64,000 nucleotides of DNA from Octopus vulgaris (Eukaryota): NCBI GenBank assembly GCA_951406725.2, contig OX597825.1, positions 3,968,001 to 4,032,000 on the forward strand, read 5' to 3'. The position numbers and the translations under genes are program-made. The notes under the pieces were generated by a model. That model was given only the letters and a program-made list of their open reading frames with translations, ran no database searches and was not told the origin of the DNA. Below are positions 40,300 through 53,285 of this stretch, in pieces. Within the stretch, counting starts at the first letter, position 1. Every line of letters starts with the position of its first letter.

Positions 40300-40406
40300 A
40301 TTTCTTACTGAAGAATCTGAGGGCCTTTGGAAGATTGGCTTGATTTAATTTAATCAGGTTAGTTTACCATTAATCAGCAGATGAAACGGTACATCGTATA
40401 AGAAAT
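40300..40406 (+). ncRNA. Type I hammerhead ribozyme, predicted cleavage after 40398
   Basis: Same sequence as the copy 491 bp upstream (CTGAAGA at 40308, GTA at 40396-40398). Confidence 0.88.
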
Positions 40407-40628
40407 TACAGGGTAAATGTTTTTTAAATTTTCTCCTGGTTTACGGAATTAATTTTTATTTGCGGTTGAAGCTTTGGCTGTTATTTCTAGTGGGTGAATG
40501 GCCTATTATGGCCGTTCCTTGATTGTTGATGTTGAACTTAAAAATGGTCTATGACTATTTAATTTTTTCCCACTAGGCCGCTGGAGGCAAAAAAATTCTA
40601 CAAAATTTTTTTTGCCACCCTATATTGA

Positions 40629-40660
<32 letters not shown>

Positions 40661-41630
40661 ACCAAGAAAAAAGCAACAATAACGGATCGGTAGTCTAGTA
40701 CAAGTGTTTCATACCATAAACATTTTATTTAAAGCTGCAAATATTACAGCAAATATAATGTTAAGTATTCATCAGCTAAATCACATATAGGTTTTCCAAA
40801 CATCTTAGAGAGTGTAAATATCCTTATGAAGTTATAGTAGTGAGTTCCATGAATCTGAAGTAAGATTCCAAGCAGACTCTATATGTTTTTCCAACAATAC
40901 AAAGTTTTTAAATTGATTATTAACATCCCAGAGAAGATAAATCTACTCATAAAGATGTGGATATAAGTTCCAAGAGACATGAGGAAAGATGCTGGTCATA
41001 CCATGGTTAAGTTCGCATCTAACTGTTGCAGGCAAAATTCTATAGTAGCAAGTAAGACAACGGTGGGTAGGTTTAGCTAAAGCAAAGGACATCAGGAGGA
41101 AAGAAATGGGGATGTAAGAAGGAATAAAGATACCACAGACACAGGTCAGTCTATATTTGTGGTGACAGAAAATCTAGGTCAGTGTAGAAGGAATCTTAAA
41201 TTCTTAAAAGAACTGTAAGTTTGACCACCACTAGCTCTGAACTGAGAAACTCACAGAAATAATGGTGGAATTAAGAATACAGGAAGATCAAAGGAAAGCA
41301 CTAAAGGGGTCATAGGTTATCGGTAGGGCGAGATACAGTAAGAGAATTAAGGTTAACACTAGAATAGAAGGTTATTTATTTATTATTGTTTCTATTTTAA
41401 CTTATGTTTATATATGGTAAGAAGGAATTTAGGTCAACATCTAGAGGTCAAATGAATTCAATAGCAACTGGTAGGGGAATCTTACTTATTCAAAATTTAT
41501 AGTGAAAATCAAATGTATCACTAAGGGAATAGTATTACATGTTAAATTCAGAATAGAGTTAGGAAAGATTAGCAGTTTATATGCTTTAAGTAATGTTAAT
41601 TAAATTGTCTATAAAGTCAATTAAAAAATT
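40661..41630 (-). mobile_element. Decayed Penelope-like element (GIY-YIG region and terminal repeat)
   Basis: Minus strand PWYDQHLSS and KLCIVGK recall the RWxxHxSSF and CxLCxxEK motifs of PLE endonucleases. AGCTGATGAA near 40770-40778, then a T-rich tail into (TA)n. Confidence 0.45.
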
Positions 41631-43698
41631 ATATATATATATGTGTGTGTGTAGAAGAATCAAGGGAATAATTTCTAGAAGGAATATGATTATTATTGTT
41701 CTTCTTGATTATCTGAAGCTGCACATTTCTTATTGCAAATTCTAACTTACGCAATCACTTGAGTGTAATTTAGCAAAACTTAATGAGATACTTGGTCTAA
41801 CTGAGATACTTCGCACTAACATGACTCGAACTTCTAATGAAATTATTTAACTGTGAGTATTCGTTGGAATTTCACAAAAAATGCACCTTTATCTCGTATG
41901 AATGTGAATTAAAATGGATTTGTTTATAATGTTCATTTCTAAGTTAGACACTATTGGGTCCAAACTGCTTCAAGAATGATTACCAAGTATTATATTATTT
42001 AGTTCCCACTTGAGCTTAGATTGTGATTATTCAACATATTTCTCTTTCATGTAAACAGTACTCTCATAAGATGGCCGTTTCCTAAATATATTGCTATGGT
42101 ACAGATCGATAAAATGATTACAGCAGGCTTTAGTAGCAGATACATATGACATAAAACTTGCATTTAGGATTCATGAGTTATTATATTATACCAGATATGG
42201 GAAATCGCCAAATTAATTCTGAAGTGAGTAACTCTACACTACAGTAAGTATTTATTAAGAGGTTGCATTTCAGCGTCTTAGATATTATTAGATATTAATT
42301 TGTGTGAAACCATTGTTGTTGATATTGGATGAGCTATTTCAGCCCTGATGGAGCAGGATTCTGATAAATCGTATATTCATTTTCATACATAAGTCTGTAA
42401 TTGAAATCCCTATGATTATTTCATAACATTTATACGAGTGATTGCGAAGACACACCAATTACAAGTGAAGGTGATTGTCTAAAATCATGACTTAAATTCT
42501 AAAGAACAAGCAGAATCTTTTATTTCTAGTCTGCTCAGTTATACAGCGTATCGCTTGCGTACAGCTACAAACTTTTCTTCTAGGAGTTGCATCCAAGAAA
42601 TATTCAAACGTGCCAAGTGGAAGGAGACCTATATAGAGTCTGTGTCTGGTCGAGACTAACTTACACACTTCAAATAATTAACGAGAGCAATGTGCGTATT
42701 TCTAAGTTCTATCAACTTGCAAGTAGCGGTTATCTGTGCTATGTAAGAAATTTTGAAGATAATTTCAACTATAATTTTAACACAGCAATTTATCTGTCAG
42801 TTTAATACTAAAATTGTGAGCCGCTAATAAACCACACAACTCACACACACATATACATATACATACATAAATTCATACACACATACATATATATATTCTA
42901 CTTCCACTGATAAGCATTGGATTGACATTGATACTTTCCCTCAAGGCGGGTCTGCATACGTTCCTCAAGCTACCGTAATCTAACTTTAGTATCTACTCAA
43001 AAATTTTATTATTCCTTAACTTTGTTTCCTCCGACAGACTGCAAATTTCCCTCTGATTAATCAGTTGATAAGTTTCTCAAATAGAGAATAGTAATAGTTG
43101 TTCCGCCATTTTGCTTGAAATGTAGTAGAAAAATAAAACGATTATTAGTATTTTCAGAATAGTAAGATGTATTCAAATCAATGCCACATATATGTTAAAT
43201 CAGATAATCTTAATGTTATTAATTACAAATAACATAGTTACGATCAGACATATTTTTAATGGTTAAATTATGACTACTTGGGGAATATAATTTTCCTTAA
43301 AATCGAATCAATAAATCATGTTTTGTTGCCAGTACAGCAGATACTTAAACAATAGCGTATCCATTTTTAATACGATGTGGCAGATTGAAACCCGTATATG
43401 CTTATTACTTTCATTGAAACACATCTTCCTTTCGACAATATGTGTTCCTAACACAGTCCTTGCATTAAAGTAAAGGTCTTTGAGGTTGTGCAGTTTTTAA
43501 TTTATTGCAAGTTATTTTAATCAAAACTACTCAATCAAAAAATCTAACGAAAGTGATTAATCGTGCTGAGAGAAACCAGCTGATTTCTTTTTACTTTCTC
43601 GCAGATCCACCTACTTCCCCATAAATCATTATTAACCATAAAACATACACCTGCAAATCATTTATTTTTCGTTATCTAAAATTAAGAGCTATGTTTCT

Positions 43699-44166
43699 TG
43701 TAGAATTCATTGATCGGAATGTCGTTGACGAAAGGCGCGTAGAATTAAGTTCGTCGCACCACGGTGTCTCAATGAACCCTTATGTCAGTGAATTGCATGT
43801 ATTAGGTACACCCGTTCTCCAGTGATGAATTACAACTGCACAGAACACAAATGTTAATTCTGCATGGTGTGGCATCCAGAAGAAACCTCCAAATTCTGAA
43901 GAAATCTGGCTGCTTCGCACCAGTCGAAGCGCTCACCGTGACTTGTCTGAAAACACCCATTCGCTACTGATCATACCCAGGACCACCGACTTACCATCTG
44001 AGTCCAGGATGATCTACCTACTTCGAGATCCAGGACTTTCTGAAAAACCACCGCTACCGCGCCTCTCATTTCAGGCCTACTAACTCATGCCTACACAATA
44101 AAATCTTCAGACTTAGGAGCTAGATCATGTGTGTTGGAAATCCTGGTTTCGCTGACGGACGTCACA
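43699..44166 (+). mobile_element. Possible solo LTR
   Basis: GC/CpG-enriched block of about 470 bp with TGT...ACA ends and AATAAA at about 44097; no TSD found. Confidence 0.3.
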
Positions 44167-44982
44167 TACATGCTTTCAAGAGATAAACATGCGTTCAACT
44201 ATTCTGATTAAGTATAATTCGTCAATCGTTAAGTAGACTATGAGTCCGTATTTCAAGATATAGCCTCACAAAATTATTGCAATAATGTAATTGCATATCT
44301 CTACATTCTCATTTTAGAAGGCGGAGTGACCAAATTAAGAATTTGTCGTAAATTAATGTACTGTACATATTTGATGTACGAAATATTACGATATATTTGA
44401 TTACATTCGGTTGATATATTTCAAATATTAGTTTTGTACTGGAGCTTGAATAATGTCTAAAATATGCTGTTAATATGATTCAAAGTATGAATGGTTCTCC
44501 AGAATTTAATATCAGTGGATCATATGTACAGTTCGATGCAGATCCAACAACATGCATTTTCCTTCAGTAATATTCATGAATCAGAACTAGAAATTCAGTG
44601 TTTCGAAACCTGACAGTGAATGGTTAAGTAATATGTAAACAACCGCATTTCTTTACCCATCATTTCTAGCATGCTCAGCGAATTCATTGGGATATGTTGC
44701 AGATATGATGAAGGATACATCCATGGTGATTGCAACAATGGTAAGATATCGGTTGCCTTTTAAAGCAATGAAGTGGATCGTATGTCTCTATGGACGGAAT
44801 CATTAAATGAAAAACTTTTCCCATAAGCTACAAAGAGTATATATTACTGTCTAATGAAACTTTTACAAGTAGTCATATGTCAGTGATGGGTTTAAGGTCA
44901 TAAGACCTAAACTAAACCCTTTTTCCATGCTATATAATAGACTAAGATACATCGCAGAAATTGGAGTCCTGTTAGATTTTAT

Positions 44983-45390
44983 TTTTTACTTTTATTGTTT
45001 CACTTATTTGACTGCGGCCATGTCGGAGCACCGCCTTAAGGGAATTTTCTTGAAGAAATAAACCGAAGGACTTATTCTTTGTAAGCATAGTAGTTATTCT
45101 CTCGGGAATTTCTTTTTTTTTTTTTTGCTAAACCATTAAGTTGCTGCTACATAAACACACTAGCATCGGCTGTAAAGCGATGGTAAGGGGGTGGGCAAAT
45201 ACATATACGAACACAAATACATACATTTATAAATATATATATATACGACGAGCTTCTTTCAGTTTCCACTCGCAAGGATTTGGTCGACCCAAGGCTGTAG
45301 TAGAAGGCACTCCCCCAAGATTCCATGCAGTGGCGCTGAAGCGGAAATTGTGCCGTTGAGAAGGAAGCTTCTTACCACACGCCACGCCTG
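44983..45390 (-). mobile_element. SINE family B, full length
   Basis: TTTGACTGCGGCCATGTCGGAGCACCGCC ... AAGCTTCTTACCACACGCCACGCCTG. Confidence 0.85.
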
Positions 45391-48300
45391 ATCCGTAACT
45401 TCTCCGATGGTGTCCGAAATGGAACACATTTTCTACCGATCCGGTATGTATTTACCGGTATGTATAATTTCCACGTACAGCAGCTGATATCCTCGCAGTT
45501 TTAATTTATACCAGCTCGTTTTGAAATGATATTTGCCAGTTAGGTTTATATCTAAGGCTTGTATAAGGGCAGCGCTTAGTCCTAATGACAGTATACCTCT
45601 CTTTGCTTCCTCGCGAAATACTTGTAGTTATGTATATCTTAAGTTAGCCGCTTAATATTTGAGTTCACTTTCATTTGAGCATAAATTCTTCTTTTGTAAA
45701 TATTTCATGTTTACCAAGTCTGGAAAGTTTCGACTTCAACTCTATCGCAAAATGTTTGAAGCAAATTACTTGAGGTTCTTCAAACATATGGACAATATCT
45801 CACTCTTTAAGACTGAGCAGAATATCCATCACTGGAGACAGTAAGAGCAGAAAGAGAATAAATGCTCAGCTTAGCCTAGGTTGGCCGCCATTGACTGAAG
45901 TTGAATCAAAATCTTTGGAACACTTTATAGAAAAGTGCCTTTCCTATATCATACAATAAACACAAATTTTCTTTCTTTGCAGCCAAATGTTATCATTGAC
46001 ATGTACAACTATGCCAAAAGAAAATAGAATGTTTGGGACTGAGGATTTTAGAAAGTGAGGACAACAATTTAGCTATCACTTTTCCTAATATCTTTAAAAC
46101 TTACCGTTCTTGTTCATAAAATTATAAAACCTTCCGTAACGTACTGTTTTCTAAGCTTATTCAATATCAGGCCGATCTCCCCACATAAATCTAAGATGAC
46201 AGGATCAGTATTTTCTGGCAGCTGCACTGATGCAAAAATCTCCGAAATCCAGAACAGATGCATATGACTCTAAAATAATGCAGTATTTTATTTCGGAATA
46301 TCTTAACACAATCACGCCTTATATATTTGTTCTAATTGACAACCAATAAATAGACACACCGCTGTATGTAAACGAAATTAATCACGAGACCGGCTTTCAC
46401 AATTCTATTATTCATTTATTGACGTGAGGTGTGGCGTCGGTTCTTTATCCTCCTGTTCGGTTTGTAATGTTTGTTTGGTTGTGATTCGATTCATAGCAGA
46501 AACAATATATGGCTTATTTACATTAAAGTAAACTTTCAACTACCCCTAGCACTAATAACAGAGGTTTCTCAACTCAGCATCATAAACAAAACTGATTTAT
46601 CGAGCCCACTAGCTGTCACAATAACCTGTGATTCTGTTCTTACATTGGGTCGGATTATTTAAATTTTATAATATCCCATTATTCCTCTACGGTTTCTGAC
46701 ATCCCAGATGATTCGCATTACGGTTGTATATCAAAAGTTGCCAAGTCAGTAAACTGACACCTCAAGCAGTATTTGCTTTGCAGAAATTTATTAGATTCGT
46801 TCTGTATTATGCGATATTCCAAAGTACATAATTCATTCATAAATACTTCCCTGTTTATAATGCGTTATCCGTTTTAAAGTAATCAATCCGCATTTCCAAT
46901 ACATTCCAGAAAGGCCCTTCTGCTTGAATGCATAAGACGTTTTCCATCCAGAAGTAATTATTGTTCTCAGTTGTATATTGTATATCTGTATTTACGTACT
47001 GCTATTATGCAAACGAGGCTTATATTTTATTTGGATATTGTCTACAATCCCGGTATATTGTCCAGAGTATGTGTCGACAAGGTCGATCAATTTCAGAACC
47101 ATTGACACCACTTCTTCCCACTCATCGCCATCTTTGCTTTATCCCTCTGGCCACCGCCACAGCCGATACGTTTTTCTTTCCTCTTTGTTTTCTTTTCAGA
47201 GACGGAAAAAGAATTTTAGTCGAATTCTTCAATGTTTGGCTTATATATAATACAGGCAAGCCCATCCTTTTTGTTCTGACTTTGAATTGTATCTCCGTAC
47301 CGTTGCTGTGACTGAATCTCACCACATACGTCAATTATTTATTTATTTATCTATGTATTTATTTATTGGATATTGTTTTGCATGGTTATATTATAGGTGT
47401 CCGTGTTCATGTTCTGACTGATCCTAATTTATCAGAATTGAGTAAAGGGGAGAGTTTGGAATCCTATTTCTCGCACGTAAATTATACATAATATGTCGAG
47501 GGAAAGCTAATTAATAATGTTGCTGTTGTTCTTTCCACTGCTATTGTATAGACGTAGGTAATCTAAGAACGAATGTACCAATCACGAAAGAGATTCCTCT
47601 GTATTATTTCACGTTAAATTTCCCACCATTAAGATACTATGGTATGACTTAAAAGAGCTTTGGCTGCTATTTATCACACGTTTATGCATCAGTTTGGATA
47701 TTTCTGTACGGTGTTTTTCTCCTTTCTTTTACAATAGCCGGTTAATAATTTTCTAACACAACTAAGATTAACATCGCGTCGCTCATGACAGTCATAACTT
47801 AATTTCAGGTTTTGGGTAATATTCCTGTTTTAAACACAGTGATAATTCAGGAAATATGTTACTGCTAATTTTAGATCGTGGTGTTATATTGTGCATGGAG
47901 ACCGCTACAATAATATTTATCTCTGTTAATTTCAAATATTTAGGGCTTCGCTTTCTATTTGTTTTCTCCAATAATTCATAACATTCTTTATAGTTATGGC
48001 GAAATGGATTCATGTAGATCTTATTGCCGCTGCTAAACTTATGCAGATGAGGATAGCTACTTTGTTTCTACTAGAAGCTTTCATCTACCATCAGAGCGCA
48101 CTTCTTCCATTAACATAATCTTTGCAAAGATGTGAAGTTGCTTTTAAGGCATTCGCTGCAGTACTGTTTGATATATCGCTCAATAAAAATGAACATCACT
48201 CGGATTGATATTTTCTGCGCATACCCTTCGCTCAGCAAAATACTTCTTATTGAAATTTAGTAGACGGGAAGATTGGAAAGTGTGGAATTCATTCAAATGG

Positions 48301-49572
48301 TAAGTTTCGTTTATTGTTTAGTAGAATTGAATCGTAACATAACTCGGTTGAATACCACTAACAGAGCTAAAAATGTACGTAGCACAATCAAATATTTGCG
48401 ACCACTCAGCACAACTCTACGGTCTGAATATGAATACTTTATATCTTTTTTTTCACTAGTCACAGACGCTCTGAGAGATGCCATACATACTCTGATGTCT
48501 TTCATATGTTAAGGAATTACAAAAGAGAATATACTTCTATGTCACTCAATCTGCACAAAAAGTGGCTTCTACTTTAGGGACAAGGCAGTCATTCCGGCTG
48601 GAGTCTTCAGATGATAATATTGACTCGAATATCGAATGTTAGATAAATCCGTCGAGTCCGGAGAGCTAAACCGCTAAACTGAAACAGGTATAATTTGAAC
48701 TAAGTATGCAGATAATTACATGTAGCGATTCTTAATACCACATGTAACACAAGCAATATATGAAATACGTTTCACATTTACACTTTCATTTATGAATATG
48801 ATTTAAGCAACGGAAGAAAAGATTCTTCATTGCCATTACATTTCCGATCTTTAACTTAGAAATATTTAATGTTTCTTTTGAATGCTCTCCGTTACATTTT
48901 GAATAGAATTTTGCACGTAAATATGGGTCATGTGTAATTCCATTTGGAAACTGAAATATTGAAAAGAAATTTGCATTCACAGCTTTCTTGGCAAAATATT
49001 TCGAAAGATACTAGCTCATATCTCCAATCTAAATTGTTCAATAACAATCGCCTTTCTTTCAACATTTATTTGTATAATCCTTGTTATAATTAGCAACGCA
49101 ATTGTGAATGAACGCAATGTATTTACAGTATGTGCATTATTAACAGATAAATATAAAACATTTTTGAATATGCATATCTGAAATATTTCAAAACATACGC
49201 AGCGATAGTTGGCATTGAATACATATTTTGTTTCTTAAGCGACATATAGGCATTAAGTTCGTTTTAATGATTTATTACATATTTTGAATTTTATATATAT
49301 ATTTCATGAGTTTTGCAATAAAGGATCGGCTTACAATATTTTACGTAACATTCAAGGATTGATATGAAGGAGATAGCATTCATATTTATTTATATTCTAC
49401 TTAGAATTGTTTTCTGCCTGTTGAAAGTTAACTACACTGATGTAGTTTGAGTCTTAGAGGAAGAATTCTGTAATATTATATTAGAGGATTGGGGATATAC
49501 ATGCATACATTTCACAAGACCCGAGAAATACTACGGTTCTACACATAAGACACGCAGTTATTAGTAAACATG

Positions 49573-49674
49573 GAAGAAGAAGAAGAAGAAGAAGAAGAAG
49601 AAGAAGAAGAAGAAGAAGAAGAAGAAGAAGAAGAAGAAGAAGAAGAAGAAGAAGAAGAAGAAGAAGAAGAAGAA
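49573..49674 (+). repeat. Pure (GAA)34
   Basis: Direct observation; it accounts for the poly-E ORF 49570..49758. Confidence 0.95.
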
Positions 49675-50248
49675 AATCTCATTTACTCCAGCAAAGTGGT
49701 GTGTCCCAGGATGACAGTAGTTTTAAATCTGAAACACTTTAAAGAATTTGAAGAATAGTATTGGAAATTTTGTCTGCGTATATTCGAGAATCAGACTGGA
49801 AATAGTTTGCTCTAATTTGATCTTTCTTTTATATGACAAAACACGATATTAGGAAACTTTCAAAAACTGCACAGGAAACCGCGTTTCAGTTTAAATCTAT
49901 ATGTAGATGCGTCTTCATGAAGCTTAGCTTTTGATGAATTCTCGGAAAAATGCGTTGCTCTATAAATTTCGAATTTTGAATGTCTGCGTTGAAATTTCCC
50001 CGTGGTAGGTCTTGTTCCCATCACCCGGACAACCTGAGAAAAAAGTAAAAGTTACGTACTGGGGATAATTCTAAAGGCTGCTAGCCTGTTTTAACCAGTT
50101 TGAAACGAAGGCAGATCCGGACATACCATACAAACTACGGCATTGACAGTAACTTATGGACCACATCTTTGAGTAAATTAGTCTGCGTCAAGATTCTCTA
50201 TGCCAAAGACTATATAAACAGACACACACACACATACACAAACACACA

Positions 50249-50309
<61 letters not shown>

Positions 50310-50884
50310 TTGATTATTCATTTTTTGTAAGAAGGATCTGTGGCAGACTTTATACCAAATCAATTACCTTTTCTACAGATGTCCGACCTCCTAGTGAAAG
50401 GGAGATCCGCAGTATCAAAGACAGATCGACATGAAATGGAATCAGTACAGGAAATATAGTTCTGTATATGGTAATTCCACATACATGATTTGGTTACAGT
50501 TCAGTTATCTTCAGTCATAGGGGTGAATGGTCAGTTAGAAATTGTACAACATTATTATTTCAGATCTTCCTTATAAGTAAGTAAATGTATTGTACAATAA
50601 AAAGAAGAATATTGAAACATGAAAAGTGAAATTAGAATCATATATCTCTTTTTGTTTTTCATTTCCTGACTTATTTAATGGAAAAGAAAACATTCTGACT
50701 GTTGGGAAACAGTCGTCTGGTATACTTTTTAAAATAGTGTTCTTGATTTTAGGATTTCTGGAAAGCCATATACAAGTGAAAAAACAAATTACCCGTTGCG
50801 TTACTATGAGTGTGAAAATGATTTACAGAACTCATACATTCATCATATTTGGAATAAATTCACTTTTATGTGATAATATATTGT

Positions 50885-51217
50885 GGAATCGCAATGGCCC
50901 AGTGGTTAGGGCAGCGGACTTACGGTTGCAGGATCGCAGTTTCGATTCCCAGAGCGAGCGTTGTGAGTGTTTATTGAGCGAAATCACCTAAAATATCCAC
51001 GTGGCTCCGGCAAAGGGTGGTGGCGAACCCTGCTCTATTATTTCACCAAAACATTCTCTTCTTGCTGTTTCTCTTGTACCTATATTTCAAAGGGCCAGTG
51101 TCGCCACACTCTGTGTCACGTTGAACTACGAGAAGTACGTTAATTTTACGAGAAGGGCTGTTCCGTTGATCGGATCAACTGAAATCATCGTCGTCGTAAC
51201 GGACGGAGTGCCACGAT
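50885..51217 (+). mobile_element. tRNA-derived SINE, family D
   Basis: A box TGGCCCAGTGG, B-box-like GTTTCGATTCC; its 3' end is shared with 14457-14593. Confidence 0.75.
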
Positions 51218-53139
51218 AAAATATAATTTACAGACCTTTTTATTTATTTATTTATTTATTTATTTACTTATTTATTTATTTCGTGACCGGCGATATTCCC
51301 TGATATATATAGATTTCCTGTTTTGATTATATAATTATGTTATGTGACAGAAAATATTTTGTCTCGATATAATCCCATTTCAGAAACATAACATTTCATT
51401 TATTTCCCTTTTTACAATATGCGTTTTTACAATATGCGTTAGTGAAGTAATGGAAACTGGTGCAAAATAAAGTATTTGCTTTTTGTTCAAATTTACTTTC
51501 TTTTTGTACTTAGACATTTCTTGTAGTTTTCTAGGAAACCCACTGAAATTGCGTCCTTTCAAAGAAAGTGAAAGAATAAAGTGAAGAATAAAAACTGATG
51601 CAGTCGTCAACCGTTTGGGAGAGAGAAATGTTTGTGAAGGAATATATTGTTTCTGTGTTTATATTTTTGTTGTATAAGAAGACACGAACACACTTCTTCA
51701 CACGCAACTCTACTTTCCACGTATACAAACGCCCACACATAAACACACACACTATATATATATATATATTTAAATATGTATATGTGTGTGCGAATATATT
51801 TATATTTGTATGGATGGATATATATACACTAACATATATACATATATACACAGATATATAAATCCGTTTATCCGAGTGAGAGGTTCTGTGAATGGGAGCC
51901 AGAAGAATGGAAAGAAGATGCTGCGTGTTATGTATATTCGTTTGTATAGGAAAATATATTTGCCTATCAATTATGTGCTGTTGCATTACACATTGTATAG
52001 GAATTCACAAAAGCACGTGGTTGGTTTTGTCCCATCGTCTACATCTCACACAACGCTACTTACCACTTGATCAAAATAGAAATTATTTGAGAAAGTACAA
52101 GAAATGATGTTTATATTCCCTGACTTAGTAAAAACAACCTGACATATGATGCATTAGCTTTCTGAAAAACATTTCTAAGCATTTTTCTTGTGTTAGATTT
52201 TTTCTCTAAAGTTACATTAAATGGAACCTTTTTTCACAACTTTTTTGTTAATGATGGAAAACCTACGTTATTTTAAATTCAAATTCCAATACATGAGAAA
52301 TGCATTATTTTTCTTTTGATACGAAAATCTATGTTACAATTACCAGCAACTATTATTCATATACAAAACTGGTTTGTTTCCGAATAAACACTATAAGATA
52401 TTGTTCAAAAAGCAGCTAGCTTTCACGCTTTTAAACTTTTTGAGGCAGTAAACAAAATACATATCTTTGGTCTATATTTCAATATGGATTTTCATAATAA
52501 CATTTCCCGTGGAAATGCTGTATGTTTTTAATTTTCTATATACATTTTTCTCATATCTAATGCTCTATGATACATTGTACATCTTCAATAAAATATATAT
52601 ACGATATGGAAAGTTATTTAAGTATATATACTGTATAGATGCAATTTGCAACATGTTCGCTATAGTATATTTCGATGCACACGGCATAATTCTACATTAC
52701 TTTAGAAAACCACATTACTGATCATCTAAAATATTTAACGGGAATAGAATTATGCTTATGGATCTAAGCAATATAAGGTGACTGCTTTTTGTAAAATAAA
52801 AAGCTGAGCACATGAGAGCAAGCACTCTCTTGTACACAGAGTATGATCATGTGAAATAAAGAAGATAGGCATTCTAAAGATAATGTAATCGAATTTTGGA
52901 AACTTTTATTTTAACATCAGAATCGTGTAAATATATATTCTTTGTGTAAGAGTGCACTAACAAATTCGAACTGTTTGACCTTCCAGGAAATATTTAGTTT
53001 TCGCTAGGTCAGCTGTATGTTCCAATACACGTGCAGAAGCTAACTAGTGTTAATTCAAATATCTTTCGTATTATCCACGAAAAATAGCGCAAGGCATCTT
53101 CATCTATGAATTGTATTATTAATGTGAACTTAAGGCAGG

Positions 53140-53285
53140 AAACTGATGAACTCATATATATGAGCGTAGGCTCGAAACGTAAAAGACTTTCTCACTTCCC
53201 GTGCATTAAACTAATACATCTGTGTACACACTCGTCTTCGTTTTTACTTGCATTTTGTTTTGTAAATTCTCACTATATATATATT
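53140..53285 (+). mobile_element. Penelope-like terminal fragment with a hammerhead remnant
   Basis: CTGATGA(53143)...GAGC-GTAG-GCTC-GAAACGTA(53174); the tail is homologous to 21103-21210. Confidence 0.55.

Larger units (their letters stand above)
38852..40633. mobile_element. Non-LTR retrozyme-like array of 491-bp hammerhead-containing units
   Basis: Period 491 (39361, 39852, 40343). 38852-39360 is the reverse complement of the unit. Copies are near-identical and the array is flanked by (AT)n on both sides. Confidence 0.85.

Noticed and set aside
45600-45950. NYLRFFKHMDN, a possible mariner remnant
   Set aside because: A single short motif with no TIR or further support.
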